From Hyaloraphidium curvatum SAG 235-1 (taxonomy: Eukaryota > Fungi > Monoblepharomycota): 64,000 nucleotides of DNA. Where the stretch lies: NCBI GenBank assembly GCA_025558095.1, contig JAIVFI010000009.1, positions 785,465-849,464 on the forward strand, given 5' to 3'. Below are positions 12,098-23,842 of this stretch, in pieces. The translations under genes and the position numbers were made by a program. How positions within the stretch are numbered: the stretch's first letter is position 1; the number at the start of each line of letters is the position of its first letter. The notes below the pieces were generated by a model, which saw only the letters and a program-made list of their open reading frames with translations, did no database searches and was not told the DNA's origin.

Positions 12098-12722
12098 TCC
12101 ACATGCGGGGACGCACCGATGGGGAGCGACGGGCGGGTCGCTGCGGGCAGCAGCGGTAGTAGCTGGGGAACGACACGGTAGGATGTCGGTGGGGACCTTC
12201 TTTGTGATTGGAGTGCTTCGCGAGTTGGATGTTGTATCTGGGACTTGAAATGGAAATTCTCCGCGGACGGCGATCCGCTCAGGGAAAAGATCGGGGCGAT
12301 CGCGGGGCTCAGAGCCGACGCCAGGCTGGTCGCCCTGCAACACCGGGTCGAAGGAGTGGCTGCTCGTCGGCCGCGATCAGATCACCGGCGCCGTGCGAGA
12401 TCGACGGAAGGTCAGGATCGTGGCGAGTGGGGAGCAGCACCACCAGCAGACCGGCACGTGCGTCGCCCTCGAGGACGGCTGGGCCGTGGTCGATTTGGCC
12501 GGCTTCGCCGGCGCTGCTGCCATCATTCCGGCCCACTTTGCGGCTCCGTACCGACTCTTCCGTTGATCGAATTGATGTCAGCTCGCGTAGCGGGCGACGA
12601 ATTTGACGATGGAGGGCTCGCGAAGGAGAGTTTCGGCGAGGCAGGGGGAAGGAACTGCAATAATGTTTTTCACGCTGGTGGACGGAACCTACACCGGTTT
12701 TTGCGAAGAGACTCGATCTCCG

Positions 12723-13580
12723 CTATGATTCTCCGAACGCCTCGGCGAGGACGGCGGCGACGTGGGCCACGAACCCCTCGAGGTGCTCCCTGCTGTCGTG
12801 GATCCCGTGCAGCGCCCCCGGCGTCTCGTGCACCGAGATGTTGGGCGCGCACCTGGCCGGCCTCACGGCGTGCTCGGGGAAAAACGCGGCCCCGACGTCG
12901 GCCCTGATCAGCCGCCCGGGCACGTCCGTGGGCGCGTCCTCTTCGTGGTCCAGCGCGGTGCCTCCCAGTGCCGCGTCCCACATGGTGTTGTCCATCGCAA
13001 GCCAGCTCCTGGCCGTCGCGAGGAGCGCGTGCGGGGTGTAGACGTCCCCCGCCGTCAGCGCCGACCCCGGCGCGATCGGCCTGCGCGCGTTCTCCGCCGC
13101 GTACTCCTCCGGCGTCTTGCCTGCAGCCTGCGCGGCCCCGATGTTTTCCTTGAGGATGGCGAACGCGTCGCGGTAGGGCGTGGCGTCGAACACCTCGGGC
13201 TTTAGCATGAACAGCGGCGGATCTTCCAGTACCACGGCGCGGACCAGTTCCGGCGCCTCGCGACGGCGGCGAGGTACGCTTCGACCCCGCCAAGCGAATG
13301 CCCGACCAGCACCGCCGGCCTCCGCACCACCCCGTCCAGCAGCGCCACGGCGTCCGACGCCCACGCGCTCGTGGTGTACCGCGCGGTCCGAGCCGCCGTG
13401 GCCGCGGCCGTCGACGGCGTAGCACCGGTAGCGGTCCGCGAGGCGCGCCACGATGGGCTGCCACGTCCAGCGGGAGCCCGAGACGCCGTGCAGGAAGACG
13501 ACGGGCGGCGCGTGCTCGGGGCCGCAGACGGAGTAGGCGATGCGGAGGTCGCCGTTCGCGAACGAAAGGGGGTTCTCCAT
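12723..13580 (-). pseudogene. Alpha/beta hydrolase with two compensating frameshifts (pseudogene or assembly errors)
   Basis: VFLHG, AVDGRGHGGSD, VVLEDPP and HGIH are in one frame; LVGHSLGG is in another frame between ~13379 and ~13254. Confidence 0.75.
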
Positions 13581-13778
13581 GGTCGATGGCGCGTCGAATG
13601 CGCAGAACGGTCCTAACGAGCCGCGATTGGACCCGATGCTCTCGGTTAAGGCGCGCCTGCTGTTCTGTGGGAGACGTCGCCCCGGGGAGACGCGTGCGGA
13701 TCGGCGCCGCCCGTGGCGCCGCCAAAGCATCCTCCGCTCCCGGTCCACCTCGCGCAGCGAATCTCCTCCGAAACCACG

Positions 13779-14436
13779 ATGGCCGTGCGTCCCCTCCCCT
13801 TCCCTTCCTCGCCCCGCTCACTCCTCCCTCCCCGCCCGTCCCCCGCCCGTCCCCGCGACTGTCCCCCACCCTCCACCCCTCCCCACCGCAGCCCAACACC
13901 GGCAAGGAGCTCTCCTGGATCTTCGTGATCACCGTCCTGCCCGGGAAGCGGGACGAGCTGCTCAAGGTCATGGACGACATGGTGGCGAGCACAAAGGGGG
14001 AGGAGGGGTGCCTCGAGTACCTGTGGTTCGAGAACGCGGAGAAGACCGAGGTGCGTGGCCTCCGTCCCCTCTCTCCTGCTCGGGTGCGACCGGGAGCGAA
14101 AACGGTCCGTCGGTTCCCCGGCCGCGACCCTGACCCCCCCTTCGCGGCGCCCAGGTCCAGGTCCTCGAGCGGTACAAGGACGCCGAAGCCGGCCTCGTGC
14201 ATTCGGCCAACTTCGGCAAGTTCGCCGAGCGGCTCTTTGCCGCGTCGACGTACAAGGAGATGACGGTGTGGGGGAACCTCGAGGGGGACGCCGAGAGCGC
14301 CGAGGGGAAGCTCAAGGCGGGGCTGGCGACGATGAACGCCAGGTTCTACGTGGGTCGTTCTTTGCGGTGGGGCGGGACGAGTGCTGATCGACATTTGGAA
14401 CAGGGACCGTTCGGGGCGGGAGGGTTCACGAAGTGA
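13779..14436 (+). CDS. ABM/YgiN-like dimeric alpha-beta barrel protein
   Basis: VLPGKRDELL...EEGCLEYLW...VLERYKDAEAGLVH; 6-nt first exon and three introns. Confidence 0.8.
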
Positions 14437-14468
14437 GCGGTATTGGCGCTGGGCAAGAGACACCGCTG

Positions 14469-15986
14469 CTATCGCTTGCCTTCCTCCTTCCCCGCCGCAC
14501 CGCCGTCGTCGGCCTCCTCGACCGCCTGCTCCTTCGTGCCCGGATTCGCAGTGCCCTTCCCTCTGGAAGGCGCCTCGTCGCCGTCCGACTGAAGTCCCTT
14601 GGCCGCCGGCTCCTGCGCGTCCCCTGCGGGCTCCGGCTCCTTCGCCGGCGGCTCAAGCTCCTTCGCTGCCTCTGGTGCCGGCGCGACCGGGGGCGGAGCA
14701 CCGGCTACCGCCTCCCCCTCCCCCTCCCGCCTCCCTCCCGCCGCCCCCCACGCCCCCACCTCCCCGACGTCCACGTACGGATGCCCGCACTTTGCCACCC
14801 ACACGCACCGCAGCCCGTCCACCACGCGGTCCCAGTTCCCCTCCTTCGTCCCGATCCACGCGTCCGCCTCGAGCGCCAAGGTGAGTTGCGACAGGTGGTA
14901 CAGCCCCATGTCGGCGTTGGTCGCCACCTCGCGGGTGCCCCCGAGGTTGGACCGGGGGATCTTGCTGTACAGCACGGCAAACTCCTCCGGCAGGGCGGAG
15001 GCTTCTTCGACGACCGAGGGGTCCTCGGTGGCGAGGAAGAGCTGCCGCCTGACGCGGACGGGGTTCTGCGCCTGCAGCCTCCTGGCGGCGCCGGCGTACC
15101 GCGCGTAGGGAAGCTTCCCGTGCCCGCCGCGGCGCACGTGCACGGAGATGGTGCCCGGGGGAAGCGGGTACAGCGCGGGCGGGTTCTTTGCCAGCGGGCC
15201 GCGGCGGGCGTGCTCGGGGGCGGCGTCGTTGACCCGGATCCGCCGCAGGGAGGCGACCGTCTCGTGATTGAACCGCAGCAGAAAGGCAGTGGCCTGGGCG
15301 TGCCACCATGTCCGGATCTCGTCGCATTCCAGGCCGGGGGCGGCGCGGTTCAGGAGCTCCCATGCGGCGAGCGGCACGCCGCACCGCATCCGCTGCCCGA
15401 CCGCCGGGTCCGTCTCGGCCGCGCCGCGGTCCACCGTGCTGCCCGCGTCGGCGAACCGCGTGCAGTTTGTCGGGGGCTGGAAGTAGCACAGCCAATTCCA
15501 CTTCCCGGCGAGGCCGCAGTGCCGCTGGGCGCGTGCAAAGGCGTGGCCGGCGTCGTCGGCCCACACGAAGATGCGGTCCGAGGCCAGGGCCAGGGCCAAC
15601 ACGGCGGCGGCATCGATCCACTGCGTGCCCATGCCGTGCGAATGCGAGGCGCGGAGGAAGGTCTTCCCGCCGCAGTCCGCGGGAAACTGGTGTCTCAGGA
15701 TGAGCGCCTGCGCCTCGCGGGTGGCGGGCGCCAGGCCGGCGGCGGGCAGCCTGTTCACCACATCGCGCCGCATCGCGTCGTCCGTGAAGAGGTCCATCAC
15801 GACGTCCGGCGTCGGCGGCGCGGGCGGCGGGCACGGCACGACCACCGCGCGCGGGCGGACGCGGTCCGCGGCGCGCTCGATCATCGACTTTTCCCGGGGC
15901 CACACCGCGTCGGGGGCAAGGATGTATATGGCGAACGCGAGGAGCACGAGCGCCGCGCCCGCACGGAGGAGGAACCGCGGGTGCAT
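14469..15986 (-). CDS. GT23/FUT8-NodZ-like alpha-1,6-fucosyltransferase-like type II membrane protein
   Basis: N-terminal TM, HGMGTQ, ISVHVRRG, LFLATEDP and LALEADAWIGT..GNW. Confidence 0.75.
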   Translation of the reverse strand: MHPRFLLRAGAALVLLAFAIYILAPDAVWPREKSMIERAADRVRPRAVVVPCPPPAPPTPDVVMDLFTDDAMRRDVVNRLPAAGLAPATREAQALILRHQFPADCGGKTFLRASHSHGMGTQWIDAAAVLALALASDRIFVWADDAGHAFARAQRHCGLAGKWNWLCYFQPPTNCTRFADAGSTVDRGAAETDPAVGQRMRCGVPLAAWELLNRAAPGLECDEIRTWWHAQATAFLLRFNHETVASLRRIRVNDAAPEHARRGPLAKNPPALYPLPPGTISVHVRRGGHGKLPYARYAGAARRLQAQNPVRVRRQLFLATEDPSVVEEASALPEEFAVLYSKIPRSNLGGTREVATNADMGLYHLSQLTLALEADAWIGTKEGNWDRVVDGLRCVWVAKCGHPYVDVGEVGAWGAAGGRREGEGEAVAGAPPPVAPAPEAAKELEPPAKEPEPAGDAQEPAAKGLQSDGDEAPSRGKGTANPGTKEQAVEEADDGGAAGKEEGKR

Positions 15987-16217
15987 CCCAGCGAGGGATC
16001 CCGTTGGGGGACGAAGGGATTCCGGGGGGCGGCGAAGGTACGAAGGTATGAGCAACTTCGAGATTGTGGCGCGAATCCCCAACTGGTGGCATCTCCCCCC
16101 GGCGGTCCCCGGAGCCCAGCTCACGGGCTCCGGGTTGGCTAGCCGGGGGTTACCTGTGTCCGGACCCGCCCACCCACATCGCTCGCTCCCCACCGCTTCC
16201 AGTGCGCCTACATCCAC

Positions 16218-17505
16218 CTACTCCTCCGGCACCTCCATCTCCCCCGGGTCCTCGGGCTCTTCCACGTTGCCCCCGAGCCCGTACTCGATGAACTCGGTGC
16301 CGTATTCGGACGCCTCCATCGCCTCTGTGGCCTTCTTGTAGACGAAGGCCATGGAGGCGTAGAAGTAGATGGCGCGGATGCGCGCGGAGAAGGCGTCGAT
16401 CTGACGCCGGAAAGGAAGGGGTAGGTCAGCGAGGCCGAAAGAGCAAAGTTGGTGCTTGGGGGAGGTTCACCTTGAAATGGTCCTCCTCGCTCTGGAACGC
16501 GTTGAGAGAGTCCACCAGCCCCTTCAGGTACTCGACCATGGTCCCGTTCTTCCTGTACGCGCCCCCGTAATCGGCCATGTAGCTCGTGTGCAGGTCCTCG
16601 CACAGGTACATGCCCCCCTCCTTCAGATGGAGCAGCTCCTCCTCGAAAGCAACGCGCTGCTGCACCATCTTGTGCCCGCCGTCGTCGATCACGATGTCGG
16701 GGGGCGGCACCGAGCGGCGGAAGGCGCGCCAGAAGGTGCGGTTTGCCTGGTCGCCGATGTGGATGTGCACGCCGGGGCCCTGGAACTTGACGACCTCGGG
16801 GTTGAAGTCCACCCCGTGGTACTCCAACCTGTTCGGCCCGAAATAGGCCTGCCACATGTCGATCGATCCCCCGCTCTGCACGCCGATCTCGACCAGCACC
16901 ACCTTCCTCCGCGCCCGGAACCTTTTGAAGTGCCGGTGGTACGCGTCGAAGTACCCGCTCCACTTGTGCATCCCGCGGCCCTCGTGCGCCAGCGCTATCT
17001 TCCAGAGGGGGTTGCAGTCCGGGCCCTCCTCGTCCAGCGGGTCGCAGGCCGTCGCGTTGGTTTTCGGTGTCGCCGCGGGGGCGGAAGCGGAGGTCCCGGT
17101 CGGCGGCGGTTCCTCCTTGTCCTCCTTAGGTGGTTCCTCCTTCGTTGCACCGTTCGGAGTTTCGGGTTTCTCGCCCTCTGGAGGCTCCTCGTCCTCCGGA
17201 GACGCGTCCTTTTCGGGGCGCGGCGCCGGCGCGTCCCCTTTCCCCTCCCCCTCCTTAGGCTCCCCGCCCTCCTCCTCCTCCTCCTCCTCGTCGTCGTCGA
17301 TTCCCGGCTCGCCCTCCCTTTCGCGCACCTCCCCCCCGCCGCGCCACGCGCCGCCCCGCCACGCCGCCGGTTCGCGCACCTCGACCGCGAGCGGCCAGTC
17401 CGCGGGGCACGCGAGCGACGCGAGGGGCGAGGAAAGGGGGATCACCGCGACGGCAAAGACGAAGCCGAGCGCGAAGGCGAGGGGGAAGAGGAGGCGCGGT
17501 TCCAT
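16218..17505 (-). CDS. Membrane-anchored class I SAM methyltransferase (MycE/ElmM-like sugar O-methyltransferase), copy 1
   Basis: TM plus acidic stem; HKWSGYFDAY, VEIGVQSGGS, GDQ, VIDDGGH and EDLHTSY; intron 16470..16401. Confidence 0.85.
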
Positions 17506-17923
17506 GTTCGTCGTGAGGGGAGGGACGGCCGGCCCGCGCTGCCCGCGACAGGCTTGGCTATCACTTCCATCGGGGGACGGCTCGCATTTTCGGCTCACTA
17601 ATGGGGCTCCAGATGAATGGTTATTGTGAAAGCATTCCCGGTTTCTCGCAAGTGGACCGAATCTCCAAGACCGAGCCATGCCAGCGGTCGCCTGCCAAGG
17701 AACCCGGCAAACGTTCTTTCCTTCGATCCACTGCGGAACGGATGCCGAATGCGCTCGAAGGAGTGTCGCTGGATCGAGTATCCCCAACCGGGGCAACAAC
17801 TGCGCGAGTGGACCTCGCTGAGGCGGAGGAACGGCCAGTTCCAGGGCCCCGCACAGCCACGCACGCCAATTTCGTCACAGGCCCTCCAGATCCCATCGGG
17901 ACTCCATTACGTCCCAACAGCAC

Positions 17924-19300
17924 ATGGCAGACGAGCGCACACCCCTCTCCCCCGGCCGCCCGCCGGGCCCGCGCCAAAAGGGCCCCAAACCCCGCCTGGA
18001 CGCGCTCTTCCTGTCGCGGCTCCGCAGGATCGCCGTCCTCGGCGCCGCGGACAGGCCCGCAGCCGTCGCCCCGCACTTTGCCCTGCTCATCGGGCTCGCG
18101 GGCCTCTCGGAGCTGCTCGAGTTCCTCGCCGCGGGGCGGCGCGCCGAGTTCTACCTCTTCCTCCCCGCGGGGCGGCTGGACGAGTTCTACGGCGCCGCGG
18201 GGAGCCTGGCGGGGCTTTATGCCGCGCTCGCCGCCGTCAGGGGGGCAAGGCGGTACGCGGTCGGGTGGCTCAGGACGGAGATGGGGCGGTGCGTGGTGGG
18301 GAGGCTGCAGGGGAGGGTGCTTCAACGCGGGGAGGACGAGGAGGGGCGAGGGGCGGCGGGAATCGTCTACGACAGACTGTTTGAGGTCAGGGAGGAAGGG
18401 TGGACGCAGGAGGAAGAGGGATCAGATGCACACGCGGCCCATTCATCGCGGGGGAAGCTTCAGGATCATCAGACCTCGAAGGACGAACCAGCCGGCCAAG
18501 GAGACGACGCTCGGCATAACGCGGTACCCAAGGTGGACAATCCGGACCAACGGATGACCAACGACGTCCGAGAGGTCTTCGTGGGTAACTTGTACCTCTT
18601 GCTTGCCCCGATCCCGCGCCTTATCCCTTCCCCCCCGCAGCTATACCTCGGCCTAGTCCTGGACTCCTTCGCCATCCTCCCCTTTGTCCTCGCCTACTAC
18701 CTCTACCTCCTCCTCGCCCAGATCCCCGGCCCCGCGTTCGCCGGCTTCGCCCTCTTCTGGCTCCTCGTCCTCGCCGCGTGCTGGCTCGCGTACTGGCCCC
18801 TCGTCTCGGTCGTCGTGGGTCGGGAGGAGAGGGCTGGGGAGCAGAGGTGGCTGCACGTGCACCTGAGGGATGCGGTTGCGAGGGGGGAGGGCGTGGATAC
18901 AGAGGGGTGGGGGGGGAGGCTGAGGAGGACGTTGGGGGAGCTTGTGGATTGGCAGATGCGGTACGTGAGGTGGACGAGCTTCCAGACGAGCGTCACGATG
19001 CTCTTCGAAGGGCTCAAGTTCGTCGTGGGTATCACTTCGGCCTCCATCGCACCCTCACCCCGCTGACCCACGGCACCCGATCGGCAGGCCGTCTACGTCG
19101 TCATCTCCCTCACCCTCTTCCCCACCTCCTCCCCGCCCCCCTCGGACCTCGCCTCGCGGATCAACTTCCTCGCGTACGTCCTGGAGCACGCCGCAGGGAG
19201 GCTGATGGTGCTGGTCGAGCACATGGGCGCGCTGTCGGAGCTGGCGGGGTACGTAGCGAGGGTGGGGGGGTTGCTGGACGTTGTGGGGTGGGACATCTGA
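17924..19300 (+). CDS. ABCD-family transmembrane domain only (no nucleotide-binding domain)
   Basis: LDALFLSRL, VDNPDQRMTNDV, EAA-like REERAGEQRWLHVHLRD, and LAGYVARVGGLL followed by a stop. Confidence 0.65.
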
Positions 19301-20273
19301 AAAAGATGGGGCCCGGCGGGCCGGTTGGGCTCCGGCGATGGGGCCGGTGCTTAATTTCGAACCGAGCAATAGAATTGGGGCGAGTAATCAACAGCGCAGC
19401 CAGTCGGTCCCAACCCCGCAGTTGATCTGCTTGGTTTCCCGAGGTTCTCGCTCGGCAGGAGCCCTCTTGATCGTGACGTCACGCCAGGCTCCCTCCGAAT
19501 CCAGGTCCAGCTCCGGCACGAACGACGCCGTCGTCTCTGCGTGAGCCCGGCGGCCCGCGAGAGCATTTAGCAGCATTGGCCGAGAAAGGACACTCTAACG
19601 ATGAGCAAGACCGCGGTCATGCATCCTTCGATCAGCCCCTGCTAGCGCGGTTGCTCGACCCGCGAGACCCAGCTCGACGTCTCACGAAGCGCCGACCAGC
19701 GCCGCGCGAGATGGCGGAGCCGGCCTCGCGTGCCTCACGCGCCCAAGTGACCAAGGGAGGTGCGCACCGACACCTGCGTGTGCTCCGCGCAAGTAGATGC
19801 TCCCGCCAGAGTCAATACGAACGCAATGAAGCGCTGGAGAGGGCGCTTCGTCCTGAGCAGATCTGGCAAATGCCACAGCGATGGATTCCCAGACGCGGTG
19901 GTGAAACCGCAGAAATCGGTCCGAATCTCGGAGCTAGAATGCAACCCGACTTGAGAATGAGCGCCAGAGGCCTTTAAGACCGAGTTAGAGCCCACATGCA
20001 GGCGGTTCCAGCCCAGCCTTGCAGGCGCCTGGCGAGAAGCCCCGTGTCCCGCGCAGCCAATTGACCAAGTGCGCCGTCGAAGTGCCGTCCTGCCCGCGGG
20101 TGCGGCCCCCAGGCCTGCTTGCGACCGAGTTTTCGTGGGCAGTCCTCATAACACTCTCTCCCATGGATACTAGCGAATGCAATCCCGAATCTCCTCCACG
20201 TCGTAGGCCTCCACCTTCCCAGTCCCAAGACACAGCCATCCGCGTCACCTGCAACGCCGTACCCCTCCCACCC

Positions 20274-21458
20274 CTACCCCAACCCCTCTCCCGACCCCGC
20301 CAATACCATCGGCCGCGCCATCTCTCCCGGGTCCTCCGGCCCCGTCTCCGTCATCGCCCACGCGGGCCCGTAGTCCATCCACTCGGTCCCGAACCGCGGC
20401 GCCTCGGGCGGCCCGGTGCGGCGCTTGTAGAGGAACGCCATCGAGTCGTAGAAGTACATGGCGCGGACCGAGCGGGTGAATGCGTCGGGCTGCGATCGTT
20501 GGAGGGAAGGGGTGAGCTGGCGGGCCGGGTGCGGAAGGCGGGGCCGACGCACCGCGAAGGTCGAGTTGTCCTGGCTGTGCCACGCGCTGAGCGAATCCAC
20601 CAGTCCCTTCAGCCTCTCCACCATCGTCCCGCGCGTGCGGTACCCGCCGCCGTACGCGGGCCAGTAGCTCGTGTGCAGGTCCTCGCACAGGTACATGCCG
20701 CCCTCCTTCAGGACGGGGAAGGTCTCTTCCAGCGTCACGCGCTGCTGCACCATCCTGTGGCCGCCGTCGTCGATCACGATGTCCGGCGGAGGGAGGCGGG
20801 GGAGGATTCCGCGGCGCCAGAGGGTGCGGTTGGCCTGGTCGCCCGTGAAGATGGTCACCCCGGGAGCGGAGAACTGCGTCGACTCGGGGTTGAAGTCGAC
20901 GCCGTAGTAGTCCAGCCGGTCGGGGCCGAAGTAATCGCGCCACATGTCTATGGAGCCGCCGCTCTGCACGCCGATTTCGAGGAGCACCACGCGGGGCTGC
21001 AGCCGGAAGCGCCGAAAGTGCCGGTGGTAGGCGTCAAAGTAGTGCAGCCACTTGTGCAGGCCGCGGCCCTTGGTGTGGGCGAGGGCAAACTTCCACAGGG
21101 GGTTGCAGTCCGGGCCCTCTTCGTCCGCCAGGTCGCAGGCTGAGGGCGAGGCCGCTGGCGATGTCCCGACGTCCGCGGTCCCCGCCCCGCCAGACGCGTT
21201 TTCCGGTTCCGCCGCGTCCGTTCTCGCGCCTCCCGCACTTTTCATTCCCTCCTCCGCGACATTGAGCCCCGCATCGTGCTCCGCAGGCGGCCCCGGGCCG
21301 TCTCCAGAGTGCCACCGTCCGAGCGACAGCGCAGGGTTCCGCGGCCCCGCCACCGCCGGACACGCGACCGCCGCCAGCCGCGGGAACGCGGGAAGAACGA
21401 GGAGCGCGAAGAGGAAGCCCGCCGCAAACGAGAGGGCGGAGAGCTGGCGGGGCTGCAT
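20274..21458 (-). CDS. Membrane-anchored class I SAM methyltransferase, copy 2
   Basis: Paralog of 16218..17505 (CD..DEEGPDCNPLWK, HKW, EIGVQSGGS, DDGGH, EDLHTSY), with an intron at the equivalent position. Confidence 0.85.
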   Translation of the reverse strand: MQPRQLSALSFAAGFLFALLVLPAFPRLAAVACPAVAGPRNPALSLGRWHSGDGPGPPAEHDAGLNVAEEGMKSAGGARTDAAEPENASGGAGTADVGTSPAASPSACDLADEEGPDCNPLWKFALAHTKGRGLHKWLHYFDAYHRHFRRFRLQPRVVLLEIGVQSGGSIDMWRDYFGPDRLDYYGVDFNPESTQFSAPGVTIFTGDQANRTLWRRGILPRLPPPDIVIDDGGHRMVQQRVTLEETFPVLKEGGMYLCEDLHTSYWPAYGGGYRTRGTMVERLKGLVDSLSAWHSQDNSTFAVRRPRLPHPARQLTPSLQRSQPDAFTRSVRAMYFYDSMAFLYKRRTGPPEAPRFGTEWMDYGPAWAMTETGPEDPGEMARPMVLAGSGEGLG

Positions 21459-21779
21459 AGCGGGTTTCGGCAACGGGGCGGCCGGTCGCACGGTCGGCAG
21501 ATCCCGGTCGCCACGTCCCCCGAATGTGTCCCCGACGAGCCGTTCAATTACCCGTCGTCCGGAAACGTTTGAAAAAGGAGCCGAATCCAGCATTGCCGGG
21601 CAGGATTCGGATTCACCCCGGATGGACCTCTCCCAGCAGCCCTCTCCCTGGCTCACAGAGAACGCCGATGGTGTCCTTCCGCCGTCAAGTGGGAGCTACA
21701 AGCATCCGAAGGAGGTCCATAGCAAGGCATGTTTATTGACGATGTCTCCCGGATACTCCGGTGGGAACCATCGGGATCG

Positions 21780-23477
21780 ATGGAAGACCCGTTGGGTTGG
21801 GCGGGGCATTCCCTGTCCCAGCTCGCCTCGGGCTCAACGGCCATGCAGGCCGCTGACGCGATGCCCGCCGAGCCCGCCGCCGGCGAAGCTTCCAAGCCGA
21901 CCGGCTTCTTCTCGCCCGCGGACCTGGCCGCGGCGTTCCCGCTGCCGCCGCCGCTGACCGGACCTTGGGAGCGCAAACATGCCGACGCGGAGCGCGCTTT
22001 GCCGGAGCCGCCCTCGATGGACGCGGTTCATGCGGCCCTCGCGCCGTACCCGGTCCTCCGAACGCTGGCGGCGTGGCACCTCGCGCTGTGGTGGCTGCTG
22101 CCGACCCTGTTTGTGCGGTACTCGGCGGTTTCCATCGTGGCGGCCGCGTTCTGCGCGTCGATGTTCGCGTTCGGGGACGCGTTCGGGCGCACGCAGCTCG
22201 TCGGCGGCTACGTGCTCGTGGTGCTCTACCTCGTAGCGCTGCCGACGGTGTGGGCCGTCGGCCAGGTCGTGCTGGTGCGCCAGCTGCAGCCGGACAGGTT
22301 CCCGAACTGGGCGGCGGCAGCGCGCTCGAGGCTAACGGGGAGCTTCTGGCCGTGGCCCCGGCGCAAGATGATCCAAGGCCTGCTGCTGTCCGGCTACGCC
22401 ATCGTGCCGGCGTGGGCACGTTGCGTGCGGGACGATGTGCAATCGGAAACCGCCCTCGGGCACGTCCAGGGGGACGCGGAATGCACGTGCGCCGCCCCGC
22501 GGTGCTCGGGCGCTCTTCTCGCTTCCGCTGCACGCAACTGGGTGGTGGACCTGGCTGCGCGAACGGGCTTGATAGCGGCGGTGTGGGTCTTCCTGTGCTG
22601 GACCCCGTTCTTCTCGCTCCCGCAGGTCTGGTCGCACGCGTGGAGCATCTCGTTGGGGATCTGCTACTGTGGGTGGAGCACCGCGAGCCCGCCCGGAGAC
22701 TGACCCACCCTGGGCGCAGGTCTCGGGGCGGCCCACGAAACTCTAGGGGCGGTCGCCAGCTCGACGGTGGACAACATGCTCCTCCGGCTCGAAGGCCGCG
22801 TCCGCCGGCGGCTCGTGCGCCGCGCGCTGGCCGCCTTCCTGGACCGCGCCCGCCGCGCCGCACTGGACGGGGACCCGTTCCCCCCGCCGCTCGAGCTCTG
22901 GGGATACCGCGAGGAGCCATACATGCTCCTGCACGCCGAGCTCTGCTCGCGGTGGCGGCAGGCCGTGCAGTCAAACAACATTCCCTTCGTCTACCCCATC
23001 TTTCTCTCCCTCACCGCCGTCCTGATGGCCGCCAGCATCGTTGGTCCTCCCTTCCTCCCCGGCACCGCGGACCCGCTCATCCCCGCCCCCTCCCAGATCA
23101 TCGGCGCCTGCATCCCCGCCTGGATGCTCGCCGTCCTCGCCACCTTTGCCTACTACCTCCTCCGCGACCTGTACCACGCCGCCGCCGCCAACTCCGAGAT
23201 CACCGCCCTCGGCGCGCTGTACTCATCCGCCCTGACGGAAACCCGGGAACTCCTCGCCTCCTCCTCCCCCATCCCGCAGCTCGCATCCCACGCGGGGGTG
23301 CTCGAAAGGTACGAGCGCGAGGCCGCGGAAGCGAGGCGGAGGTTCCTCGGCGTGGCGGTGGGGTTCGGGAGCTTCAGGGGGTTGCTGGTGTCGCTGGCGA
23401 CGGTGGCGTTCGCGGCGTGGGGGGTGGCGAGGGGGTTCGGGGTGAGGGCGGTGCTGGAGACCGTATGCCCGGGGTGA
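21780..23477 (+). CDS. Multi-pass membrane protein of unknown function
   Basis: Hydrophobic ORFs 21729..22703 and 22767..23477 can be joined by a GTGGGT...GCAG intron at ~22670-22719; start codon uncertain. Confidence 0.6.
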
Positions 23478-23842
23478 TCGGAGGCGGGTCCTTGGTCGAT
23501 CGTGTCGCTGCTGCGCGATAGGTACCGCCGTCCCGAATCCGGTCTCGCACTTCGGACGATGGAACCCCCGGCAAAACGGGCTCGTACGTCGACAGACGGC
23601 CCGGAACAGGCCCCGGACAAGTCCGCATCGTGTTTCCCGGCCGGCCGTCGTTCTTCCTTTCCCGCGCCGCTTTCCTGCGCCATGCGCCCGTTCGCAAGTC
23701 AGTAGCATAGATGAATTGCATAATTTCGTCTTGCAACAAGATTCATGGTGCAACGACGTCAAGTTGTGACAGCCCGCGAGTCGGGGTGGCTTTTGTGCGA
23801 CCGCTGACCAACATCTCCGCTCCGGCCGCTGTTCGACCGACC

